From positions 1 through 10,812 of the forward strand of contig CAWEDJ010000107.1 of NCBI GenBank assembly GCA_963807635.1: 10,812 nt of DNA, written 5' to 3'. A program made the position numbers and the translations under genes. The DNA is from an uncultured cyanobacterium. Lineage in GTDB: Bacteria; Cyanobacteriota; Cyanobacteriia; Cyanobacteriales; Microcystaceae. Below, piece after piece: positions 1 through 7,607 of the stretch (positions are counted from its first letter, which is position 1; every line of letters starts with the position of its first letter). Below the pieces are notes generated by a model. It made no database searches. It was given only the letters and a program-made list of their open reading frames with translations, and was not told the origin of the DNA.

Positions 1-36
1 ATTTCAATCGGCGATCGCGTCTGAATAGAAATCTTT

Positions 37-488
37 CTAATATTCAGGAAGCCAATTCATATCCAATAATTGCTCAAGTTTGTAGGGACATTCTGAGGGA
101 AAGTTAATTTTTTTATCCGTTTTAATCTTAACAAATCCCAAGGAATCGGAATAGATCGAATCTAACTGCAAGGTCAAGTGATCGTAAAGTGTTTTCGTCA
201 TACGGCGTTGTAGTCTGTAACCGAAAATTATAAATCTCACTTTTCCAATGATTAGCGTTATATTTTCTTTCTCTGCGTATTCCAATAAAAGCAAATGACG
301 AATTACCTGATCTAGTAAAGTTCGATACCGTATTTTTCTTTTCACTCCCCAAATCTTCTAACTCCTCGATTAAATTTTCTAGGTTGCGCAGCTTCAAATT
401 GACAATCTTTAAGTAGTTTGACGGTTTCCTCTAACCATTGATAATTATCGGTTTCATAGAGTTGTTTAAGATAATTAATAACAAGCAT
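37..488 (-). CDS. DUF29 family protein (~150 aa), interrupted by about 4 frameshifts (sequencing error or pseudogene)
   Basis: From ATG at 488, switching frames gives MLVINYLKQLYETDNYQWLEETVKLLKDCQFE / LENLIEELEDLGSEKKNTVS / LLDQVIRHLLLLEY / YNANHWKSEIYNFR / LQRRMTKTLY...FPSECPYKLEQLLDMNWLPEY. These are the typical DUF29 motifs (LYE.D...W, ENLIEELEDLG, FP..CPY..EQLLD..WLP). Frame switches lie near 390, 320, 280 and 215. Confidence 0.85.
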
Positions 489-591
489 AATCGTATTTTT
501 TAAAATTCATTCAAAAGATTAATAACATTAATTAATAAGTACATATTTCAAAGCTTATAAACTTTATTTTTTGTCAGGAAATTCTGTTTTC

Positions 592-1551
592 TCAATTATT
601 GATACTTTCTATAACTAACTCATTATCTTGTTTGGTAAGCTTATTATAGAGCCGTTCCGTGTGGGAAAAATTCGCGACGGGTAAAATTGGGAAACGACGG
701 TAAGGAACCGTACCTTCACCAAATAATTGTCGGTATTCTAGGCTATTAACCATTGACTTAATAAAAGCACGAATGCCTTAATTGGCCAAAATTTGGTTAT
801 ATTTCTGGATTTCTTTTTGGTTGAGGGGCGCACGACCGAGGAAATGCTTCGTTCCCAATTCAATTACCTTCGTATTGGGGAAAGGAGCATAGAATTCCTT
901 GATATACAGATCAGAGACTCCCAAACCTTCAATAAACTCTTTAACGTTAATTTCACGATTGCTAAGTTTACTTTCTAGTGCGGTAAATTCAGTCTCAATA
1001 ATAAAAGTCTCAAGATCACGCTCGAAAATTTGACGATATGCGGCACGCACAGTTGTTTGAATTGCCACCTTATCCGCCATCGTTAACAACTCAAAGACTT
1101 TGGACTGCTCGCGCTGAACCGTAATCCCTTGATCGATGGGAGATTTAGTATCAGATTCGGTGCGAGTATCAAGTTTTCTTAATATTTGCATTTTCTCGAA
1201 GTGAGAATTTAAAAATTCTTCATTCAAACTATTTTCTTTACCATTTATGCTTTCTTGACGGTAAAGTGGACTCTGTAAAACAGGATCATAATAACTTTTA
1301 GTATTCTCTCTTTGTTTTTCTTCATTAATAGAGAAATTGTTTGAATCCAATCGTCTAACTTCACTCCAAGCAACGAAACCAATCCCTAGACAGACAGTGA
1401 CTGATAAACCAAAAGCTGAAGGGCGACCAGCCGTTACCAAGAGCATGACAGCAAACCCTAAACCCACTTGACAAGTTTGTTTAACTAAAGATTGCAAATT
1501 TGATTTAGCTTCCTGATAATGACTGTTTTGATTTCGAGAGGCAATGGTCAT
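592..1551 (-). CDS. Chimeric protein: N-terminal transmembrane hairpin, polar linker and ApcE-derived C-terminal phycobilisome linker (REP, PF00427-type) domain; in-frame TAA at 778-780
   Basis: ORF 778..1551 contains [13 protein letters not shown]...[12 protein letters not shown]...[69 protein letters not shown], recognisable as the last ARM/REP of ApcE. The same frame continues past the TAA for 61 codons ([55 protein letters not shown]...) to TGA at 592-594, completing the ApcE C-terminus. Residues ~29-62 are hydrophobic. An RBS-like GGGAGA precedes the ATG. Confidence 0.85.
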
Positions 1552-1563
1552 AAATTTTCTCCC

Positions 1564-1944
1564 TTACTTTCGCCGAAGATTTTTTAAATCTACGATAAAA
1601 CGAGCAATAATTCGTCCTGCAAGAATAATCCAGAGTAAAAAGTCTGATGTGACAATGATAAAGCAAGCATAGCGAGAAGGGCCAAGAGCATTTTCTTGTA
1701 AACAGATATCAAAACTGGAAAAATCTTTGCCTATGATGATCTTACCAATGAAACTGGGAATCTGGAGCAAAAGACCCAACGCGATCGCATCCTGAATTGT
1801 GAGATAAAAAGTTTTCCACAAATCTCCCAATAAACGCTGTCCAACAAGATCGATTGGTTCCAGAATATTGTCCAAAAATCTTTCAATCCGTTTGCCCCAG
1901 AGAGATTTCGGCGGACTTGAGTTAGGATCTGGGGTTTGGCTCAT
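1564..1944 (-). CDS. Hypothetical small membrane protein (126 aa, about 2 TM helices)
   Basis: Clean ATG-started ORF with hydrophobic segments AIALGLLLQIPSFIGKIIIG and YACFIIVTSDFLLWIILAGRIIARFIV, two Cys around the loop and a basic C-terminus. Its stop lies 12 bp before the next ATG (1551). Confidence 0.75.
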   Translation of the reverse strand: MSQTPDPNSSPPKSLWGKRIERFLDNILEPIDLVGQRLLGDLWKTFYLTIQDAIALGLLLQIPSFIGKIIIGKDFSSFDICLQENALGPSRYACFIIVTSDFLLWIILAGRIIARFIVDLKNLRRK

Positions 1945-2097
1945 AAACAGTAGAGTTTTTTATCAAACAATTACCAAATTTTACTAAAAAGCGATCGCGT
2001 TTATTTTGGGGTATTCATAAGAAGGTTACTATTACCGACTCCTATGCTTACCAAAACTGCGATCGCCAAATTTGTAAATCTTAGAACGACTTAAGAA

Positions 2098-3158
2098 TTA
2101 CTCTAAATCTCCCTCTTCCTCATCATCAGAAGAAATCGGTAAACTCAAAGAGCCAATTTCTAACTTTTCACGGACTTGCTTTTCTACATCCACCATGAGT
2201 TCAGGACGTTCCTCAAGGTATTTCATCGCATTGTCCCGACCCTGGGCAATATTTTCACCGTTGTAGCTATACCAAGCTCCCTTACGCACTATCACATCTG
2301 TCCGTTCGGCTAGATCTACCAAACAACCGACTTGGGAAATTCCCGATCCAAAAAGAATATCAAATTCAGCAATACGGAAAGGCGGCGCAACTTTATTTTT
2401 AGCCACTTTGACCTTGGCCCGAATCCCGTATTCTCCTTCTGTCCCTTTTTTCAGCGTTTGAATACGACGAATATCTAACCGTACCGACGCATAAAATTTC
2501 AGCGCATTTCCCCCAGTGGTCACTTCGGGGCTACCGTAGGTGACACCGATTTTTTGACGTAATTGGTTCAAGAAAATGACGACACAACCTGATCGCCCGA
2601 TATTACCCGCAATTTTTCGGAGAGCCTTACTCATCAAACGAGCTTGTAAGCCCATCTGGTTATCTCCCATTTCTCCCTCGATCTCTGCACGGGGAACCAA
2701 AGCCGCAACGGAATCTACCACAATCACATCGACAACAGAGGAGCGCACCAATTGATCAACAATTTCTAGGGCGGTTTCTCCCGTATCAGGTTGGGCAACT
2801 AATAAATTCTCAATATCCACTCCCACTGCGGTGGCATAGACAGGATCTAGGGCGTGTTCTGCATCGACAAAAGCCGCGACTCCCCCCGCTTTCTGAACTT
2901 CGGCCAGGGCATGGAGGGCAAGGGTCGTTTTTCCTGAACTTTCTCGACCGTGATCTCTACAATTCGTCCTTTAGGAAAACCACCTCCCAGGGCTAAATCG
3001 AGGGTTAGGGACCCCGTAGAAATCGTTTCTACCCGCATCTGAATGGCATCGCCTAAACGCATAATTGAGCCTTTGCCAAAACTCTTCTCAATTTGATTGA
3101 GAACCACATTGAGGGTTTTATCTCGATCAGAAATATTGGTTGTGGTAGTGGTAGCCAT
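2098..3158 (-). CDS. recA: Recombinase RecA (~353 aa when repaired), 1-nt deletion at ~2951
   Basis: [38 protein letters not shown], then in the shifted frame [34 protein letters not shown], followed by [40 protein letters not shown] and KNKVAPPFR. The minus strand reads ATC-_AC-GGT-CGA-GAA-AGT-TCA-GGA-AAA-ACG where IYGPESSGKT is expected. Confidence 0.98.
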
Positions 3159-3195
3159 TAATGCCTCAGAAAGTCTTGGGTGTGAAAATTTGTTT

Positions 3196-3215
3196 AGTAC
3201 AAGGGTCTTATTGTA
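3196..3215 (-). promoter_or_regulatory. Candidate recA -10 box (TACAAT) with an adjacent degenerate cyanobacterial LexA box
   Basis: Minus-strand TACAAT lies at 3215-3210. The + strand AGTACAAGGGTCTT (3196-3209) matches the RGTAC half of the cyanobacterial LexA consensus RGTACNNNDGTWCB, with 2 mismatches in the other half. Confidence 0.45.
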
Positions 3216-3366
3216 GCTTATTTGAGGAGAGACTCGTGGTAAGATTTTTAGGAAAATTCAGCCGAAGATTCGCCCAATAAAATTGGTTTTTCGTGACTTC
3301 TAAATCCCAGGGAGCCTTTAGAACAGATTAAGATAGAAGAAATAAACCTAGCGTAAAATATTGCGA

Positions 3367-4664
3367 ATGATCACCTCCCTGGCTCCTCGATTGAATGCAC
3401 CAACTGTTCACACTCTTCCCAATGGTTTAACGATTATTGCCGAACAATTGCCTGGGTCAGCCGTTAATCTTAATCTTTGGTTAAATGTCGGCTCGGTTCT
3501 AGAAGATGATTCGATCAACGGGATGGCCCATTTTTTAGAACACATGATTTTTAAGGGAACCCCCCGCTTGGCTAGTGGGGCTTTCGAGAAGGCGATCGAG
3601 GAACGGGGGGCTGTGACCAATGCCGCAACGAGCCAGGAATATACCCATTACTACATCACGACGGCTCCCAAGGATTTTCGGGATCTGGCTCCTTTGCAAT
3701 TAGAAGTTGTCCTTAATGCCAGTATCGCGGAAGAATCCTTTGCGAGGGAAAAATTAGTTGTGTTAGAAGAGATTCGTCGCGCTGAGGATAATGCCCAACG
3801 TCGAATTTTTAATCAAGTGGCGCAAGTGGGTTTTGAAAATTCTCCCTATTGTCGCCCCGTTTTGGGATTAACGTCCATTATTGAACAACTCCGACCCCAG
3901 CAAATGCAGGACTTTCATGCCCATTGGTATCAACCCAATGCCATGACCGCCGTCGTGGTGGGAAATTTGCCGACAGAAGATTTGATTGCAACCGTAGCCG
4001 ATAGTTTTGCCCAGACCTATACGATTAAGTCTCCTTCTCAGGTTTTACCCATCCCAATACTAGAACCAATTAAACCGTTTGAAACGATTATCAGTCGGGA
4101 TTCTGTGGATGAAAGTATTCAGCAATCTCGTTTAATCTTGATGTGGCGGGTTCCAGGGTTAGCGCAACTGAAGGAAACCTATGCGTTGGATGTTTTAGCT
4201 GTGATTTTAGGCAAAGGTAAGGTTTCACGCTTATTTCGGGAATTACGGGAAGAAAAAGGTTGGGTTTCTTCTATTAGCGTCAGTAATATGACCCAGGGAA
4301 ATCAAGGGTTATTTTATATTGCGGCCCAATTACCGACGGAAAATATTTCTAAGGTGGAAGCGGCGATTTTAGCGCAAATTGAAAAAATACAACTGGATTT
4401 AATGACTGAATCCGAATTGAACCGCATTCGTACCCAGGTTGCTAACCGTTTTATTTTTGGGAATGAACGAGCCAGCGATCGCGCCAATCTGTATGGTTAT
4501 TATTATTCTCAATTGCAAACCTTAGAACCCGCTTTTAATTATCCCCAGGAAATCCAATCTTTGCAAAGTGAAGATATGCGAAAGCGGCCCAGAAATATCT
4601 CTCCAGTGAGGCCTACGGTCGGGTAATTGTTCGTTGTCCTTTAATTATGAATGAAAATTGCTAA
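3367..4664 (+). CDS. M16 (pitrilysin/insulinase) family zinc metallopeptidase, 1-nt deletion near the C-terminus
   Basis: LPNGLTII, GMAHFLEHMIFKGT (HXXEH), NAATSQEYTHYY, EKLVVLEEI and SRLFRELREEKG. Adding one A at ~4581-4583 restores the typical ending KAAQKYLSSEAYGRVIVR..., with a stop at 4662-4664. As given, the ORF stops at 4626. Confidence 0.93.
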
Positions 4665-4775
4665 ATAATTTCGCAAATAACCAAGGAAACAAGTTAAAGA
4701 TTTTGTTAAATCTTTGTTAACATGGGGGAATGCTAAAAACTGTGATGCCACTGTCTATGAACTTCCTCCACTCCC

Positions 4776-5321
4776 ATGAATACTCCTACTCACTCAGCTT
4801 TACTCTTAGTCGATGGCTATAATATTATTGGCAGTTGGACTTCTCTTAAACTGACTCGCGATCGCGATGGATTAGAGACCGCTCGCCAAGAACTGGTTGA
4901 AAGACTGTTGAATTACACGACCCATCAGGGTTACAAAACCCAAATCGTTTTTGATTCCCAGTATCAAAAAACAACCAGCACAGAAGAACTCTACGGCCCC
5001 CATTTGTCGGTTTATTTCACTGCTTGGACACAAACTGCCGATACCTACATTGAGAAATTTTGCGCCGCGTTTTCTCGTAAACAGGATCGAGCTTCTCCCC
5101 GTCTCATCGTTGCAACCTCTGATAGAGATCAACAGTTAACAGTGGTCGGTTACGGGGCTGAATGTATGTCCGCTCAACTTCTTGCTCAGAATGTGGATCA
5201 AAGTATTCAAGGCATCAAGCGTCAACAGCGATCGCGCTCAAAACAATCTAGTCGTTTTTTGTTTCATTCCTTGGATGCTAAAGCTCAGGAAAAGTTAGCG
5301 CAATGGCGGCACGGAAGTTAA
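4776..5321 (+). CDS. NYN domain protein, YacP/Rae1-like PIN-fold endoribonuclease
   Basis: Conserved acidic motifs LLVDGYNIIG, IVFDSQ, QTADTYIEK and IVATSDRDQQ, plus GAECMSA and the basic C-terminal helix typical of the YacP family. Confidence 0.9.
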   Translation: MNTPTHSALLLVDGYNIIGSWTSLKLTRDRDGLETARQELVERLLNYTTHQGYKTQIVFDSQYQKTTSTEELYGPHLSVYFTAWTQTADTYIEKFCAAFSRKQDRASPRLIVATSDRDQQLTVVGYGAECMSAQLLAQNVDQSIQGIKRQQRSRSKQSSRFLFHSLDAKAQEKLAQWRHGS

Positions 5322-5615
5322 ACTTAATTCAAGTAAATTTAAACAAATAGTAGATTTTTCCTGAAATATTGTCTCTAAAAATAGTCATTAAAAATAGCTA
5401 GTCTCGTGATTTTTTTCACTGAAATACAGTAGAAGCAGGATAGAAGCAAAACACAAAAAAACTGTTCAAATTAGCGTATATTGTTTTAATTATTTAAATT
5501 TATTCTTAAACCCGCAAAATATTAATTTATTCTTTCATCAAAGTCATCTTACTACCTCCTATTTGATTTTTAAATGATTTCCCTTAATCAAATTTAGCGA
5601 GGAATCTATTTATCT

Positions 5616-5765
5616 TATAGCGAACCTAAATCAATTGTGAAAACTCCAAGCTCTTTTGACTTATTCTTTATTTCTAACAGAAGTCATAGAGAGAAGCTAA
5701 TTGAGCTTTTGGAAATTAAACGATTTCATCTGTTGCCTGTTCACATCTCATTTAGACTGGCTATA
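5616..5765. mobile_element. MITE-like element (150 bp) with 25-bp imperfect terminal inverted repeats and TA ends (IS630/Tc1-mariner style)
   Basis: Left end TATAGCGAACCTAAATCAATTGTGA (5616-5640) versus the reverse complement of the right end, TATAGCCAGTCTAAATGAGATGTGA (5741-5765): 19/25 identical. Both ends terminate in TA and there is no substantial internal ORF. Confidence 0.7.
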
Positions 5766-5801
5766 CAATCTTTATTGTTCATGATGAGCTAATTTTTCTC
5801 C

Positions 5802-5823
5802 ATTGCAACTATATTGCAACTAT
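5802..5823. repeat. Perfect 11-bp tandem repeat ATTGCAACTAT x2, possible transcription-factor site
   Basis: ATTGCAACTAT-ATTGCAACTAT, which contains the dyad TTGCAA-N5-TTGCAA. Confidence 0.6.
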
Positions 5824-5879
5824 CCATTCATGCGATCGGGTGAACCAATAAGGGGAAAATTCAGTTTAGAATTTAACTT

Positions 5880-5971
5880 AGAGTGAGGTTAGAAATAAGC
5901 AGGACTTAATTGCGATTTCCTCCTCGCACACGAAAAATCGATTGGGCCGTCCTTCGGGGCGGTTTTTTTTT
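5880..5971 (+). ncRNA. Candidate ~90-nt small regulatory RNA
   Basis: TAGAAT -10 box at 5867-5872. The stem CGATTT(5913-5918)/AAATCG(5935-5940) encloses a loop with CCTCCT. A strong intrinsic terminator follows, more than 600 bp from the nearest upstream + strand CDS. Confidence 0.5.
5946..5971 (+). terminator. Intrinsic terminator with a cUUCGg tetraloop
   Basis: GCCGTCC-TTCG-GGGCGGT stem-loop with a 9-T run at 5963-5971. Confidence 0.85.
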
Positions 5972-6213
5972 GGAGATTTCCCTGAATCCAGTATCGAGTT
6001 ATTCCGTAATACGTGCTATAAGTTTTGCTGTTCGTTTTAGCTGAACGTTATATGTTATGGTGAATGGGCATTATCATTGAAGCAGAGATAGCTTGTTCCT
6101 AATCCCCAAGATAAAAACAGCCATTTTAGTCATCAGTGAATAAGAGTAAATTAGGGCTGAATTGATGGCATTTTCAGCAAGATTTGCTATTTCCCTAGCG
6201 AAGGTAGGCCATT

Positions 6214-6420
6214 ATGAAAGTTTCTGTTCTAGAGATTCGAGTCGGCGATCGCATTTTGGCTTACTTCAATACGAAGATGCAGATCTGTACAGTGAAATAT
6301 GTCCTCGGAGCCGATGGTGATACCGTTGCTCTATCTGTATTTACAGGAACCCATTATCGTCACTCCGCTTCCCGTGTCGTTCGGTTTCGTCCCGATGCGT
6401 TGATCGATTTAGCCGCTTGA
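6214..6420 (+). CDS. Hypothetical 68-aa protein, probably a small beta-barrel (SH3/KOW-like)
   Basis: ATG preceded by GAAGGTAGG. Beta-strand-like pattern (IRVGDRILAYF, ICTVKYV, TVALSVF). Contains a HIP1 site and ends 54 bp upstream of ccmK on the same strand. Confidence 0.7.
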   Translation: MKVSVLEIRVGDRILAYFNTKMQICTVKYVLGADGDTVALSVFTGTHYRHSASRVVRFRPDALIDLAA

Positions 6421-6474
6421 ACCACCACAGTTATTTACCCTTTTATTTTTTAAATCAACAGGAAACTCAAATAT

Positions 6475-6780
6475 ATGTCAATCGCTATTGGAATGATCGA
6501 AACACGGGGTTTTCCCGCAGTCGTAGAAGCGGCTGATGCAATGGTCAAAGCGGCCCGCGTTGTCCTGGTCGGCTACGAAAAAATTGGTAGCGGTCGAGTT
6601 ACCGTCATCGTTCGAGGCAATGTATCCGAAGTGCAAGCATCTGTCGCGGCGGGTGTAGAGTGCGTTAAACGGGTCAATGGTGGAGAAGTTTTATCGACTC
6701 ATATCATTGCCCGTCCCCACGAAAATTTGGAATACGTTTTACCAATGCGCTATACCGAATCCGTCGAGCAGTTCCGTTAA
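6475..6780 (+). CDS. ccmK: Beta-carboxysome shell hexamer protein CcmK (CcmK1/2 class, short CcmK2-like C-terminus)
   Basis: [55 protein letters not shown]...[31 protein letters not shown], with the KIGS pore motif and an AGGA RBS. Confidence 0.97.
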   Translation: MSIAIGMIETRGFPAVVEAADAMVKAARVVLVGYEKIGSGRVTVIVRGNVSEVQASVAAGVECVKRVNGGEVLSTHIIARPHENLEYVLPMRYTESVEQFR

Positions 6781-6806
6781 AAGCTTTGAGCTTAAGATAT
6801 TGATTG

Positions 6807-6849
6807 AAAGTCCCCTATCTCTTTTTGAAGTCGGGGATTTTTGTTTTTT
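6807..6849 (+). terminator. Probable intrinsic terminator after ccmK
   Basis: AAAGTCCCC(6807-6815)...GGGGATTTT(6833-6841) stem followed by TGTTTTTT. Confidence 0.6.
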
Positions 6850-6870
6850 ATTTTCCATTTAAGGAATTTG
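6824..6870. repeat. Direct repeat, left copy (partner at 7953-7992)
   Basis: TTTGAAGTCGGGGATTTTTGTTTTTTATTT (6824-6853) is identical to 7953-7982. After a 7-nt insert (TCCATTT) it continues AAGGAATTTG, as the right copy does. Confidence 0.9.
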
Positions 6871-6900
6871 GATGAGAATTAAATGATCTTCAGTAGATCT

Positions 6901-6916
6901 TGTAGCACTTTTTACA
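6901..6916. promoter_or_regulatory. Candidate NtcA-type palindromic site TGTA-N8-TACA
   Basis: TGTA-GCACTTTT-TACA matches the NtcA consensus GTA-N8-TAC, but there is no -10 box at the canonical ~22-nt spacing. Confidence 0.35.
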
Positions 6917-7058
6917 TTTTTAAATAGCATTTAATATGGTCAAAATTGCGATGCGTTAAGCTGCACCAACACATCCTACGAAAAAAAATTCCTCGAAGTT
7001 ATTGGCGATCGTCCCTTACTGCTAAATTAGAGAGACTTATCTACATTGCTGTCAAATT

Positions 7059-7607
7059 ATGCGGTCAAATGTTGATTCTCAGAAAATCGAACAACTCATG
7101 GAAGCATTAGGTAAAGAAGCTCGTAGTTCAGGTTGTATCTACTTTACGGGCGGTGCTAGTGCTTTACTCATTGGTTGGCGCAGTTCTACTGTTGATATAG
7201 ATATTCGTCTAGATCCAGAACCATCAGGCATTTTTCAAGTGATCGCCAAGCTCAAACAAGAATTGAACATAAATATTGAACTTGCCTCCCCGCAGGACTT
7301 CTTGCCACCTCTTCCAGGATGGCGTGATAGAAGCGTATTCATTGGTAAACGAGGTCAAATTTCGTTTTATCACTATGATTTTACAGCCCAAGCTCTTTCT
7401 AAATTATCCAGAGGATTTGACCGCGACATTAAAGATATTGAGGCTATGTACGCTCAGAAATTATTCTCTCTGAGTAAGCTACGCGATTGCTTTGAGGAGA
7501 TTGTACCTGAAATAATTCGATTCCCCTCTCTTAATTCTGATGTACTTAGAAGCAGAGTCGAGAACTTCATCGAGCGTTTTGAAGATCAAGGGTCGGAGGA
7601 GCAATAA
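7059..7607 (+). CDS. DUF6036-like nucleotidyltransferase (Pol-beta superfamily, AbiEii-related), putative toxin
   Basis: IYFTGGASALLIGWRSSTVDIDI gives the hGG...T.DhD NTase signature. The C-terminal ALSKLSRGFDRDIKDI matches the K..R...RD..D motif of AbiEii/DUF6036-type enzymes. Confidence 0.8.
   Translation: MRSNVDSQKIEQLMEALGKEARSSGCIYFTGGASALLIGWRSSTVDIDIRLDPEPSGIFQVIAKLKQELNINIELASPQDFLPPLPGWRDRSVFIGKRGQISFYHYDFTAQALSKLSRGFDRDIKDIEAMYAQKLFSLSKLRDCFEEIVPEIIRFPSLNSDVLRSRVENFIERFEDQGSEEQ

Noticed and set aside
793..978. 61-aa + strand ORF
   Set aside because: Antisense shadow of the conserved REP domain.
778..1551. Calling this gene apcE, cpcG or cpcL
   Set aside because: It lacks the ApcE PB domain and the other REPs. 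The REP sequence is ApcE-type rather than CpcG/CpcL-type, and the hydrophobic segment is N-terminal.
2826..2960. Split recA, intein/intron or programmed frameshift
   Set aside because: There is no inserted sequence and no slippery site; one added base restores a normal-length RecA.
3408..3620. 70-aa - strand ORF
   Set aside because: Antisense to the M16 active-site region, with no recognisable features.
4872..5139. ORFs 4872..5132 (-) and 4951..5139 (+)
   Set aside because: Both lie inside the NYN gene in alternative frames.
5880..5971. Firm identification as Yfr1
   Set aside because: The motif differs from ACUCCUCACAC, the predicted RNA is longer than typical Yfr1, and no trxA neighbour is present.
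5990..6060. NtcA or LysR (CmpR/NdhR) boxes upstream of the 68-aa ORF and ccmK
   Set aside because: Only partial matches (GTA-N8-TTC, GTA-N8-TAT, ATAAGTTTTGCTGT), not distinguishable from background.
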